Assembly: GCA_025456425.1 (NCBI GenBank)
Contig: JALOKP010000026.1
Coordinates: forward strand, 3,846-67,845
Direction: 5' to 3'
DNA from: Acidobacteriota bacterium
GTDB taxonomy: Bacteria; Acidobacteriota; Polarisedimenticolia; J045
Length of the DNA stretch: 64,000 nt
Shown one piece after another: positions 38,653-48,443 of this stretch (position 1 is its first letter; each line of letters starts with the position of its first letter). A program made the position numbers and the translations under genes. The notes beneath the pieces are model-generated. The model had not been told where the DNA came from and searched no databases. It was given only the letters and a program-made list of their open reading frames with translations.

Positions 38653-40905
38653 ATGCTCCCCGACGCGCGCTCTCCCGCTTCGAATCCGCGCCCTCCCCGC
38701 GACGGGACCGCGCGCGCTGCCGGCGGGCGGTGGCGCGCGTGGCGATCCGTCCTTGGCACCCTGCTCGCGGCCGGCGCCGCGGCAGCCGCGTCCAACGCGC
38801 CGCCCACGCCGGCGCTCGAGCTGCCGCCCACGGCGATCTCCTACCGGATCGACGCCCGGCTCGAGCCGGCGACGCGGGCCCTCGCCGGGACGGAGGAGAT
38901 CCGCTGGACCAACGCCACCGGCGCGCCGTTGCACTCGCTGCCGCTCCACCTCTACCTCAACGCCTTCGCGCACCAGCGCACGACCTGGCTCTCGGAGCAG
39001 CAGATCGGCCGCTTCGACGCGGTCGCCGAGCTGCTCGCGGAGGAGCCCGACCCCTGGGGCTGGATCGAGCCGAAGTCGATCGTGCTGCGCGGGCCGGACG
39101 GCCGCGAGCGGCCCCTGTCCTGGCGGCCGGTCCAGCCCGACGACGGCAACCCGCTCGACCGCTCGCTGGCCGAGATCGCCCTGCCCGGGCCGCTCGCCCC
39201 GGGGGAGACGGTGACGCTGGCGATCGCCTTCGAAGGGCGCCTGCCGTACCCGATCGCGCGCACCGGCGGCGCGCGCGACTTCTTCCTGGTCGGGCAGTGG
39301 TATCCCAAGATCGGCGTCCCCGGCGCGGCCCGGCAGTTCCACTCGACGACCGAGTTCTTCGCCGAGTTCGCCGACTTCGACGTCACCTTCCGCGTTCCGT
39401 CGGGCTGGCTCGTCGGCGCCACCGGGCGGCCGGAGGGGCCGCCCGCGCCCGGCACCGACGGGTTCGTCGCGCACCGCTTCACGCAGCGCGCGGTCCACGA
39501 CTTCGCGCTCGTCGCCGGCTCGCGGCTGGCCGAGGCGACGAGCCGCCACGCGCCACAGGGGGGCGGCCCGGCGGTCACCGTCCGCTACCTCTTCCCGCGC
39601 GGCCTGGAGGCGCTCGTCCCGCGCTGGCAGCGCGCGACCGAGGCGGCGCTCGACACGCTTGGCGCCGGCGTCGGCCCGTACCCCTACGACCACCTGACCG
39701 AGGTCTTCCCGCCCTCGTGGGCCCAGGAGACCGCCGGGATGGAGTACCCGACCTTCTTCACCGGCAGTGACGCCGACCTCGCCGACCTCCGCTTCCCGTC
39801 CGCCGGGCTGCGGTTCCAGGAGGGGACGCTGGTCCACGAGTTCGCCCACGAGTACTTCTACGGCCTCGTGGCCACGAACGAGCAGGAGGAGGCGTACCTC
39901 GACGAGGGGTTCTCGACCTACTGGCAGGCCCGCGCGATGGAGACCCTGTTTGGCGGCGACGAAGCGTCGAGCGTGCTGCTCGGCCGGCCGCTGCTGCGCG
40001 GGGGTTTCGGGCGGGTCGCGCTCGGCTTCGGGAACGAGCGGATCAAAGAGCCGATCGCACGCTCGCCGTCGTGGCTCTACGCCCCGGGGACGCTGGGGCT
40101 GCAGGTCTACATCCGGGTCGGGCAGACGCTCGAGACCGCCGAGAAGCGCTTCGGACGCGAGACGATCGACCGGGTCTTCCGCGCCTTCTACGCGCGCTGG
40201 GCCTTCCGCCACCCGACCCTCGCCGACTTCCTCGCGGTGGCGCGTGAGCAGGGGGGGGAACCGCTGGCCGCCTTCCTGGCCGAGGCCTACACCACGGCGC
40301 GCCAGCCCGACTTCGCGGTCGAGCGCGCGACGACCGCGCGCTGGCAGGCGCCGCTCGGCCGCGTGCCCGGACCTTCAGGCCCGCTCGAGGTGAAGCCCGC
40401 GACGCGCGAGGAACACGCTGCCGCGCTGGCGCCGGAGGACGCGCGCGAGACCGACGGGACGGTCTTCCTGGAGGTCGCCGACCCGGGCTGGACGCGGGCC
40501 GACGCGGCCGCGCCCGGATCGATCGCCCGGCGCCGCCTTCCGGCCGTGCGGGGCCCGGCCGAGCCGGGCTACGAGGCCGAGCAGGGCGCGTTCTACGAGA
40601 GCCGCGTCCGCGTCACCGGCCCGGCCTGGCAGCACCTGCCGGTCGAGCTCGAGTTCCGCTTCGCCGACGGCGCCGTGGTGACCGAGACCTGGGACGGACG
40701 CGCGCCCTGGCGCGCCTACCGCTTCCTGCGCACGGCCCCGCTGGTCGCGGCGCGGGTCGATCCCCGGGGAACGATCGCGATCGACCCCGACGAGCTGAAC
40801 GACGGCCGCCGGATCGAGCCGAAGCCGGGTCTCGCCGCCGACTGGGGAAGCTGGCTGGGGGGCCTGGCCGGCTGGTTCGTGGGGGCGCTGACGCTGTGGC
40901 TCTGA
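38653..40905 (+). CDS. M1-family zinc aminopeptidase
   Basis: LYLNAF, QWYPK, GMEYPT, HEFAH...EAYLDEG. Start uncertain. Confidence 0.9.
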   Translation: MLPDARSPASNPRPPRDGTARAAGGRWRAWRSVLGTLLAAGAAAAASNAPPTPALELPPTAISYRIDARLEPATRALAGTEEIRWTNATGAPLHSLPLHLYLNAFAHQRTTWLSEQQIGRFDAVAELLAEEPDPWGWIEPKSIVLRGPDGRERPLSWRPVQPDDGNPLDRSLAEIALPGPLAPGETVTLAIAFEGRLPYPIARTGGARDFFLVGQWYPKIGVPGAARQFHSTTEFFAEFADFDVTFRVPSGWLVGATGRPEGPPAPGTDGFVAHRFTQRAVHDFALVAGSRLAEATSRHAPQGGGPAVTVRYLFPRGLEALVPRWQRATEAALDTLGAGVGPYPYDHLTEVFPPSWAQETAGMEYPTFFTGSDADLADLRFPSAGLRFQEGTLVHEFAHEYFYGLVATNEQEEAYLDEGFSTYWQARAMETLFGGDEASSVLLGRPLLRGGFGRVALGFGNERIKEPIARSPSWLYAPGTLGLQVYIRVGQTLETAEKRFGRETIDRVFRAFYARWAFRHPTLADFLAVAREQGGEPLAAFLAEAYTTARQPDFAVERATTARWQAPLGRVPGPSGPLEVKPATREEHAAALAPEDARETDGTVFLEVADPGWTRADAAAPGSIARRRLPAVRGPAEPGYEAEQGAFYESRVRVTGPAWQHLPVELEFRFADGAVVTETWDGRAPWRAYRFLRTAPLVAARVDPRGTIAIDPDELNDGRRIEPKPGLAADWGSWLGGLAGWFVGALTLWL

Positions 40906-41861
40906 GACCCGGCCCCGGCCCCTTCGCCCGCGCCACGCTGAAGGTCGCGGCCGCGCGGCTCGCGCTGGTCGTGCTCGGCGCGCTGCCGGCGTGGCTGCTG
41001 GCCCGCGGCGCGATCGCGGCCGGACCGGCCACGAACCCCTATTTCGCGGACGGCGCGGGACCGCTCCCCTGGGTCCTCGCCGCGCGGATGGTGCGCGAGG
41101 TCGGCGGGGCCTGGGCCGGCGGGCTCGCGCTCGGCCTCGCTGCCGCGTTGCTGCTCGACCAGTTGCTGCTGGCCGGCGCGGTCCGCGTGCTGGCGCCGCC
41201 GCGCGGGCCGTGGGACCGCCCGCGGCTCGCGCCCGCCGTCTTCCGCTTCGGGCTCTCGCACCTCTGGCCGCTGCTGCGGGTGGCGCTGCTCGCGCTGCTC
41301 GCCGGCGGCGCGGGGGCGGCGGCGCTGCGCGGGCTGTCGGGCGGGCTGCACCGCGCCGGTGTGCAGGCCGGGTGGTGGCGCTACACGATCGACGTCGCGA
41401 TCCCGGGGGCCGCGCTGCTGGCGAGCCTGGGCTGGCTCGCGCTGGTCGCGGCGGCCGCGCTCTGGACGCGCGTGATCGTCGTTGCCGACGGCCGCCGGCG
41501 CGCGCGGCGCGCGGTTGCGGTGGCGCTGGGGGTCTTCCGCCGTCACCCGCTGGGGGCGCTCTTCGGCCCGGCGGCGGCGCTGTTCGTCGCGGCCGCCCTG
41601 CCGCTGCCGGTGCTGGCCGGGTGGCGTGCGGCCGAGCCGCTGGGCCGCGGCGGGGTCGCGCTCTTCACGCTGCTCGTGCTGGCCTCGTTCGCGCTGCAGG
41701 CCTGGATCTGGACGCGGCTCGTGGGGGGCGCGGTGGTTCGTTACGCGCGGCCGGAACTGGACGACGTGCGCCAGGCGCCCGACGCCCCGTTCGGCCTGGT
41801 CCTGCGGATCAGGGATGCGGTGCGGGGGGCGGAGGCGCGGCGGCGGCGGGAGGCGCCGTAG
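40896..41861 (+). CDS. Hypothetical multi-pass membrane protein coupled to the M1 peptidase
   Basis: GTG overlapping the M1 stop; about 6 hydrophobic segments. Confidence 0.65.
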   Translation: MALRPGPGPFARATLKVAAARLALVVLGALPAWLLARGAIAAGPATNPYFADGAGPLPWVLAARMVREVGGAWAGGLALGLAAALLLDQLLLAGAVRVLAPPRGPWDRPRLAPAVFRFGLSHLWPLLRVALLALLAGGAGAAALRGLSGGLHRAGVQAGWWRYTIDVAIPGAALLASLGWLALVAAAALWTRVIVVADGRRRARRAVAVALGVFRRHPLGALFGPAAALFVAAALPLPVLAGWRAAEPLGRGGVALFTLLVLASFALQAWIWTRLVGGAVVRYARPELDDVRQAPDAPFGLVLRIRDAVRGAEARRRREAP

Positions 41862-42822
41862 CCGCCGCGGGCTCGTGTCCAGCCAGCGTGGCCTCGATCG
41901 TGCGGTTGGTCTCGACGACCGATCCGGCCGGAGTCCCTCCCGGGACGGCCCCGCCCTCCACCCGCTGCGCGCTCGTGACGGTCGTCGCCTGCGAGAGCGG
42001 GATCCCGAGCGCCGGCGCCAGCAGCAGCGTCGAGTCGGCGGCGTAGCGGGTCGTGGTGACGACCACGCGCCGCTCGCCCTCGCCCACCGTCGCGGGCGGC
42101 AGCGACTCGGCCGAGAGCGTGCGCACGACGCGCAGTGCCTCGCGCCCGTCCACCGTCTCGACGCCGGCGAAGGTGACGGTCGCCTCCTGCGGCTCGGCGC
42201 TGCCGGGGACCGGCAGGTGCACGGGGAGCGCCACGCCCGGGGCGACCGCGCGGTTGGGGAGCGGCATGACGATCGCGCCGAGGCGGTCGGCGAGTTCGGC
42301 CTCGGAGACCGGCAGGACGTAGCGCAGCAGCCCGTCGCGGTTCGGGCCCTCCGGCAGCGCGCCGCGCGCGGCGTCCAGGAAGGCCGGCATCCCCTCGACC
42401 CGCAGTGCGCGGCCGCCGGGCGAGAGCGCGATCCGCGGCGGCGCGGCGCGCACCGCCGCGAGCACCGCCGGGAGCGCGGCCAGCGGGCCCCCCTTGCGGT
42501 TCGTGCTGGCGTCCGAGTCGGCCTCCAGTCCCTGCGGGTCGGCCTGGATCGTGACCCGCTCGAAGCGGACCTCGAGCACGGTCTCCTTGTCGCCGTGGGC
42601 GACCGGCACGAGCTGCAGCAGCGTTTCGACCGTCACCGCACCCGGGGTGCTCTTCCCCTCGTGCACGGTGACCGACTCCTCGCGCTGCACGACCCGGTAG
42701 CGCGCCGAGGCGACCCGGTCCCAGTGGTATCCGAGCCAGCCCTCGCCCTCGGCACGGGCCGGCTGGAGCGCCGCCGGCGCGAGCGCGAGCAGGAGCGCGA
42801 CGAGCGGCGGCAGGACGCGCAT
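41809..42822 (-). CDS. Hypothetical exported beta-rich protein
   Basis: Signal peptide MRVLPPLVALLLALAPAALQPARA; normal codon usage; starts 11 bp after the cytochrome gene. Confidence 0.7.
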   Translation of the reverse strand: MRVLPPLVALLLALAPAALQPARAEGEGWLGYHWDRVASARYRVVQREESVTVHEGKSTPGAVTVETLLQLVPVAHGDKETVLEVRFERVTIQADPQGLEADSDASTNRKGGPLAALPAVLAAVRAAPPRIALSPGGRALRVEGMPAFLDAARGALPEGPNRDGLLRYVLPVSEAELADRLGAIVMPLPNRAVAPGVALPVHLPVPGSAEPQEATVTFAGVETVDGREALRVVRTLSAESLPPATVGEGERRVVVTTTRYAADSTLLLAPALGIPLSQATTVTSAQRVEGGAVPGGTPAGSVVETNRTIEATLAGHEPAAATAPPAAAAPPPPAPHP

Positions 42823-42833
42823 CGCGGCCCCGC

Positions 42834-43256
42834 TCAGCGTGAGCCGGACGCCTTGCGGGTCGCGGCCACGAAGGCCGGCGTGACCGGCGAGGCGCCGTTG
42901 CCGAAGGTCTGGCGGACGTAGGTCACGACCGCCGCGACGTCCTCGTCGCCGAGATGGTCGAAGGCGGGCATCACGTTCTGGTAGCGCCGCCCGGCGACGG
43001 CCTGCTCCGCCTCCGAGCCCAGCAGCACCCAGCGCACCACCGTCGCCTGGTCGCCCGCGACCTTGGACGAGCCCATGAGCGCGGGCTGCAGGTCGGCGAC
43101 GCCGCCACCGGAGGCCTGGTGGCAGACCAGGCAGTTGTCGGAGTAGAGCTCGAGCCCGCGCTTCATCTGCGGGTCGGACGGCGGCAGGCGCGAGCCGCCG
43201 CAGGCGGCGGCGCAGAGCATCGTCACGAGAGCGGCGGCGAGGCCGGAGCGCGGCAT
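42834..43256 (-). CDS. Monoheme cytochrome c lipoprotein
   Basis: GGAGA RBS; AAACGG lipobox, CLVCH heme motif, distal VMPAF, TYVRQTFGN. Confidence 0.9.
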   Translation of the reverse strand: MPRSGLAAALVTMLCAAACGGSRLPPSDPQMKRGLELYSDNCLVCHQASGGGVADLQPALMGSSKVAGDQATVVRWVLLGSEAEQAVAGRRYQNVMPAFDHLGDEDVAAVVTYVRQTFGNGASPVTPAFVAATRKASGSR

Positions 43257-44752
43257 GGAGCGGTCTCCCGAAAAGAGCGGGTCATCGTACCAGCAAGCGC
43301 CAGGCGCCGCCGGAAGGCGAGGTGCCGCCGCCGCGAGAGCGCGATCAGCGGGCGCCAGGACGGGCCCACGAGCCGATGCCGGATCAGGAACGGCCAGAGC
43401 CGGTTGGTCTTCTTGTAGAGCACCGACATCGCGAGGTAAGGGAGGACCGCGCCCGGATCCTCGGGCCGGCGGGCCCAGATCGAGGCCGGCGAGAACAGCC
43501 GCTGGTAGAGCCAGGCATAGCCCTCGGCGAGCTGCGTCTCGGTCATCCGCGCCGGGCGGAAGACGACGTGCGCGGTGTCGTACAGCTCCCAGTTGCGGTG
43601 CAGCAGGCGGCCTTCCTGCTCGAGCCGGCGGTACAGCGGCGTGCCCGGGTAAGGCGTCAGGATGTGGAAGGTCGCGCACTCCAGCCGCTGCTGCTCGATC
43701 CACTCCGCGGTGCGCTCGAAGACGTCGGGGCCGTCGGCGTCGAAGCCCAGCACGAAGCTGCCGTTCACCTGGATCCCGGCGTCGTGGAGGATCCGCACGC
43801 GACGCGCGTAGTCCGACGGCGGCGGCGAGCGCTTGCCGGCCGCGCGCAGGTTCTCGGTCTCGAGCGTCTCGAGTCCGACGAAGACGCCGGTGCAGCCGGC
43901 CAGCGCCATCTCGCGCACCAGCGAGGGGTCGTCCGTCACGTCCAGCGAGAGCGCGGCGCTCCAGATCCCCTGCAGCGGCGCGAGCGCGCGGCAGAGCGCG
44001 CGCAGCACCTCGGGCTGCGCGCCGAGGTTGTTGTCGAGGAAGACCGCGTAGGGCTCGCCCGTGGCCGCCCACTCCGCCGCGACCCGGGCCGGGTCGCGGG
44101 CCTGGAACGGGAGGTCGAGCCCGTCGGTCGCGAGGTGGCAGAAGCGGCAGCGGTTCGAGCAGCCGCGGGTCGCGACCAGGCTGGCGGTCGTCAGGAAGCT
44201 GCCGCGCGGCAGCAGCTCGCGCCGCGGCACCGGCTCCTCGTCGAACGGCCCGCGGTAGCTCCCCTGGTACTCCGCCGAGAGCGCGCCGCGCTCGGCGTCC
44301 GCCAGCACTCTCGGCCAGACCCGGACCCCGCCCGAGAAGACGAGAGCGTCGGCGTGCTCCCGGGCCTCGGCCGGGCAGCTCTGCACGTGCGGACCGCCCA
44401 GCACGACCAGCGCGCCGCGCGCCCGGTACCAGCGCGCCAGCTCGTAGGCCCGGTGCGCGAAGGTCAGGTGGACGGTGATCCCGACCAGCGCCGGGAACGG
44501 GTCGAGCGGGGGAGGGCCCTGCAGCAGGTTCTCGTCCCACAGCGCCACGGTCCAGGCGGACGGGGTGGCTGCGGCGAGCCCGGTCAGCGCCAGCGCCGGC
44601 GTCAGGACGTGCTTGCCGAAGCTGCCGTGCGGGTCCTTCGGGTAGAAGGGGTTGAGCAGCAGCGCGTGGCGCGGGGTCGGGGGCGGGGCGGGGGCGCGGG
44701 GATCGAGCGGCGGGGCCAGGCGCATCGCGGGGGGAAGGGGCAGGAAGGGCAT
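43223..44752 (-). CDS. B12-binding radical SAM protein (class B methyltransferase-like)
   Basis: VVLGGPH cobalamin-domain motif, TRGCSNRCRFC, FLDNN, FVGLET, SFVLGFD, TPYPGT. Confidence 0.92.
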   Translation of the reverse strand: MPFLPLPPAMRLAPPLDPRAPAPPPTPRHALLLNPFYPKDPHGSFGKHVLTPALALTGLAAATPSAWTVALWDENLLQGPPPLDPFPALVGITVHLTFAHRAYELARWYRARGALVVLGGPHVQSCPAEAREHADALVFSGGVRVWPRVLADAERGALSAEYQGSYRGPFDEEPVPRRELLPRGSFLTTASLVATRGCSNRCRFCHLATDGLDLPFQARDPARVAAEWAATGEPYAVFLDNNLGAQPEVLRALCRALAPLQGIWSAALSLDVTDDPSLVREMALAGCTGVFVGLETLETENLRAAGKRSPPPSDYARRVRILHDAGIQVNGSFVLGFDADGPDVFERTAEWIEQQRLECATFHILTPYPGTPLYRRLEQEGRLLHRNWELYDTAHVVFRPARMTETQLAEGYAWLYQRLFSPASIWARRPEDPGAVLPYLAMSVLYKKTNRLWPFLIRHRLVGPSWRPLIALSRRRHLAFRRRLALAGTMTRSFRETAPCRAPASPPLS

Positions 44753-44771
44753 CGGTCGTCTCCCGTCAAGC

Positions 44772-44812
44772 ACTTTGCGATACAAAGTACCGTCCGGACC
44801 GGGGCCGGTCAA
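44772..44812 (-). promoter_or_regulatory. sigma70 promoter with an overlapping palindromic operator upstream of the radical SAM gene
   Basis: TTGACC (44812-44807)-N17-TACTTT (44789-44784); dyad ACTTTG-N5-CAAAGT at 44772-44788. Confidence 0.75.
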
Positions 44813-44838
44813 GCCGTATCCTCCGGCCCCGGACGCCC

Positions 44839-46227
44839 GTGGACTCCCCGACCCCGCCCACCCCCCCGCCGCCTCCGCCCGCCGCCGCCGGCCGCGCGGC
44901 ATGGGGCGCGCTCGCGGTCCTGGCCCTGGCCCAGGTCTCGTCCTTCCTGGACCGCGCGGTCCTGTTCGCGCTGGCCGTGCCGATCAAGCGCGACTTCGCG
45001 CTCAGCGACACCCAGGTGAGCCTGCTGATGGGGACCGCCTTCTCGGCGACCTACGTGCTCTTCGGGCTGCTCCTCGGGCGGATGGTCGACCGCGGCACGC
45101 GGCGCACGATCGCCGCGGCGGGGATCGCGGGCTGGAGCCTGGCGACGATCGCGGCCGGGCTCGCGGGCGGCTACGGCGAGCTGCTGCTGGCGCGCGCGGC
45201 GGTCGGGATCGGCGAGGCGACGCTGGCCCCGGCTGCCTACTCGATGATCGCGGACCTGTTCCCACCGCGGCAGGTCGCCGGCGCGAGCGGTCTGTTCGCG
45301 GCCGGAAGCACCGTCGGCTCCGGGCTCGCGACGCTCCTGGGCGGGACGCTCGCGGCCGCGGCGGGGACGGGGACGATCGCGCTCCCGTTCGGCCGCACGA
45401 TCTTCGCCTGGCAGACGGTCTTCCTCTGGATCGGCGTCCCCGGACTGCTCATCGCCGCGCTGATGCTCGCGGTCCGCGAGCCGCCGCGCCACGGCGCGGG
45501 CGCCGCGGAGGCCCGCGTGCCGCTGGCCGGAATGCTGGCCTACCTGCGCGAGAACGCGCGGGCGATGGCGGCGCTGTTCGCCGCCGCGGCCCTGCTGGGG
45601 GTGGCGGCCTACGGTGTGCAGGCCTGGTCGGTGACGTTCTTCGTGCGCCGCCACGGCCTCTCGCTGGCGGCGGCCGGGACGCTGCAGGGGCTCGCGATGC
45701 TGGTCGCCGGGACGGCGGCGATGGCGGCCGGGGGCTACCTCGCCGACCGCTGGCGGGCCCGCGGCCGGCGCGCGGCCGCCTTCCTCGTGCCTGCAGCGGC
45801 GGCGGCGGCAGCGCTGCCGCTGCTCTGCGGCTTCACGCTGGTCCCGGGGCGCGCGCCGGCCGCGGCGCTGTTCGTCGCGCTGGTGTTCTGCCTGACCGCG
45901 CCGTGGGGTGCGCTGGCGGGCGCGATCGCCGAGCTGGCCCCGAACCGGCTGCGGGGCCAGGTCGTCGGCGTCTACCTGCTGCTGCAGAACCTGGTCGGCC
46001 TCGGCCTCGGCCCGACCGCGGTGGCGCTCGTCTCCGACCGGGTGCTGCGCGACGAGGCCGCGCTGCCGCTGGCGCTGCTGGCGGTGGCGGGGATGGCGCT
46101 GGGTGCGGCGCTCGTCGTGCTGGCCCGCGGCCTCGGCGACTACCCGGCGACTGCCGCGCGGGCCGCGGAGTGGCGCTTCAACCGCGCAGGAACGACCAGG
46201 CCAGGCGGACCACCAGCGCCAGGCTGA
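44839..46227 (+). CDS. MFS transporter (spinster-like)
   Basis: FLDR, GRMVDRGTRR motif A, RAAVGIGEA, SMIADLFPP, about 12 TM. Confidence 0.9.
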   Translation: MDSPTPPTPPPPPPAAAGRAAWGALAVLALAQVSSFLDRAVLFALAVPIKRDFALSDTQVSLLMGTAFSATYVLFGLLLGRMVDRGTRRTIAAAGIAGWSLATIAAGLAGGYGELLLARAAVGIGEATLAPAAYSMIADLFPPRQVAGASGLFAAGSTVGSGLATLLGGTLAAAAGTGTIALPFGRTIFAWQTVFLWIGVPGLLIAALMLAVREPPRHGAGAAEARVPLAGMLAYLRENARAMAALFAAAALLGVAAYGVQAWSVTFFVRRHGLSLAAAGTLQGLAMLVAGTAAMAAGGYLADRWRARGRRAAAFLVPAAAAAAALPLLCGFTLVPGRAPAAALFVALVFCLTAPWGALAGAIAELAPNRLRGQVVGVYLLLQNLVGLGLGPTAVALVSDRVLRDEAALPLALLAVAGMALGAALVVLARGLGDYPATAARAAEWRFNRAGTTRPGGPPAPG

Positions 46228-46913
46228 CCACGATCACCGTTCCCCGGACCAGCCCCTGGCCGCGCCGGATCGTCAGGTGCGCGCCGGCCCAGCTTCCCGC
46301 CAACTGGCCCGCCGCCATCGGCAGCGCGACGCTCCAGACCGTCAGCCCCGCGGCGGCGAACGACACCGCGGCCGCCAGGTTCGAGCAGAAGTTGACGACC
46401 TTGGCGTTGGCGCTGGCGGCGTCGAGCGGGTCGTGCCAGAGCAGCGTGTAGAGCGCGATCAGGAAGGTCGTAGAAGGCGAGCGCGCCGGCGACCAGCGCG
46501 GCCAGCGCGGCGGACCGCGGGCGCGGGGCCGCGCCGGCGGGGGCGGCGGGACGCCGCACCAGGAAGAAGACCGCGACCGCCGCCAGCAGCGCCATCACCA
46601 GCGGCGCCAGCGCCGCGGGCGACACGGCGCGCACCGCGAGCACGCCGACCGCCGAGCCGGCCAGCGCCGGCCCGGCCCCGATCGCCGCGCGGCGCCGGTC
46701 GAGCAACGGGGAGTGGGCGAAGCGCAGCAGCGCGGCCGCCGTGCCGAACACGCTCTGCCCCTTGTTGGTCCCCAGCGCGAGGTGCGGCGGCATCCCGGTC
46801 AGCAGGATCGCGGGCAGCGTGAGCAGGCCCCCGCCCCCGGCGATCGCGTCGACGAAGCCGGCCGCGGCGCCGACCGCGGCGAGGCCGGCGACCAGCGGCA
46901 GCGAGAGCTCCAC
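46178..46913 (-). pseudogene. TSUP/TauE-SafE (YfcA-like) transporter with a frameshifting deletion near 46467
   Basis: AGFVDAIAGGGGLLTLP, ALGTNK and LAFYD, then FLIAL...ANAKVVNFCSNL in another frame; the family's GFFGPGTG segment is absent. Confidence 0.82.
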
Positions 46914-46923
46914 CCGCGGTCCG

Positions 46924-48396
46924 TCAGGCCGCCGCGGCGCGGCGGATCGCGGTCAGCAGGTCGGCCAGGTCGGCCTCGCTGGTGCGCGGGTGGATCAGCG
47001 TCGTGCGCAGGTGGACCGCGCCGTCGAGCCGGGTCTGGACCAGGTAGAAGCTGCCGTCCTCGATCAGCCGCCGCCGGACCCGCTCCTGGACCGCGTCGAG
47101 GTCCTGGTCGCCCCCCAGCGGGACGTACCGGAAGCAGACGATGTTCGCCTCCGGGGCGACCGGCAGCTCGAAGTCCGGCGTCTCCTCGAGCAGCTCGCCG
47201 AAGCGCCGCGCGAGGTCGAAGCAGCGCGTCACGTAGTCGCCGAGCAGCGCCGGCCCAAAACCCGCCAGCACCGCGTAGAGCTCGAAGGACATCATCCGCT
47301 TGGTGCACTCGAGCGTGCGGTGCGCGACGTCGAACCAGGCCTCCCCCTCGCCGCGGACCGCGCCCGGGAACAGGTAGGGGGCGTCCTCGGCGAACGGGTC
47401 CCACGAGCGCCGGGCGTCGCGGAACAGCACGGCGGTCACGAGCGCCGGGACCAGCAGCATCTTGTGCGCGTCCCAGACGACCGAGTCGGCGCGCTCGATC
47501 CCGGCGACCAGGCCGCGGTACTTCGGCGACAGCGCCGCAGCCGCGCCATGAGCGCCGTCGACGTGCAGCCACAGCCCCTCGCGGGCGCAGAACTCGGCGA
47601 TCTCCTCGAGCGGGTCGAAGGCTCCGACCGGGGTCGAGCCGGCGTTGGCGGCGACCCCCAGCACGCGGCGCCCGGCCCGCGCCGCGACGGCCAGCGCCGG
47701 CTTCAGTTGCTCCGGCGCGAGCCGGCGCCGGGCGTCGAGCGGGACCCGCACCAGCCCGTCGGCACCCAGCCCCATGATCCCGGCCGCGCGGGCCAGCGCG
47801 TAGTGGACGTCGGCGCCGGCGAGAAACGCGAGGGGCGGTCCCGCGGCCGCACCGTCGCGCCACGCGTCGAACCCGGCGCCGGCCCGACGCGCCGCCAACA
47901 GCGCGGTCAGGTTCCCCAGCGAGCCGCCCGAGGTCAGGACGCCGCCCGGTTCTGGATCGGTTCCGGCACCCCCGCCCAGCCCCAGCGCGCCGCAGAGGAA
48001 GCGCACCACGGCGTGCTCCATCGCGGTCGCGGCGGGGCCCATCTCGTAGACCGCCATCCCGTTGTTGAGCAGCGCGGCGGCGAACTCGGCCAGCGCGGCG
48101 TGCGGCAGCGGGGCGGTGACCTGGTGGCCGACGAAGCGCGGATGGTGGAGGTGGATCGAGCCCGCGATCGCGCGCTCGAGCAGCTCGGCGAACGGCGTGC
48201 CGCCCCGTTCGGGGAACTCGGCCGGCCAGGCCGCGAGCGCAGCCTCCGGTGGGGCCCAGGGGAGGACCGGCAGGCTGCCCCCGTCGAGCGCGTCCCTCAG
48301 GTAGTCGGCGAGCCGCTCGACGGCCGCGTGCCCGTCGCGGCGGAAGACCTCGGGATCGAAGGCGCGGTGCAGCGCGTCGCCGGCCGGATCGTCCAT
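46924..48396 (-). CDS. Group II PLP-dependent amino-acid decarboxylase
   Basis: HHPRFVGH, GVLTSGGSLGNL, GAFDPL, WLHVDGAHG, WDAHK (PLP lysine). Confidence 0.92.
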   Translation of the reverse strand: MDDPAGDALHRAFDPEVFRRDGHAAVERLADYLRDALDGGSLPVLPWAPPEAALAAWPAEFPERGGTPFAELLERAIAGSIHLHHPRFVGHQVTAPLPHAALAEFAAALLNNGMAVYEMGPAATAMEHAVVRFLCGALGLGGGAGTDPEPGGVLTSGGSLGNLTALLAARRAGAGFDAWRDGAAAGPPLAFLAGADVHYALARAAGIMGLGADGLVRVPLDARRRLAPEQLKPALAVAARAGRRVLGVAANAGSTPVGAFDPLEEIAEFCAREGLWLHVDGAHGAAAALSPKYRGLVAGIERADSVVWDAHKMLLVPALVTAVLFRDARRSWDPFAEDAPYLFPGAVRGEGEAWFDVAHRTLECTKRMMSFELYAVLAGFGPALLGDYVTRCFDLARRFGELLEETPDFELPVAPEANIVCFRYVPLGGDQDLDAVQERVRRRLIEDGSFYLVQTRLDGAVHLRTTLIHPRTSEADLADLLTAIRRAAAA

Positions 48397-48443
48397 GCGC
48401 GACAGCATGGAACGGTGCGCGGCGCGCCGCCACCGCGTCCGGG

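Noticed and set aside
42834..48396. Radical SAM + MFS + decarboxylase as a RiPP or secondary-metabolite cluster
   Set aside because: Mixed orientations, no precursor peptide or scaffold synthase seen.
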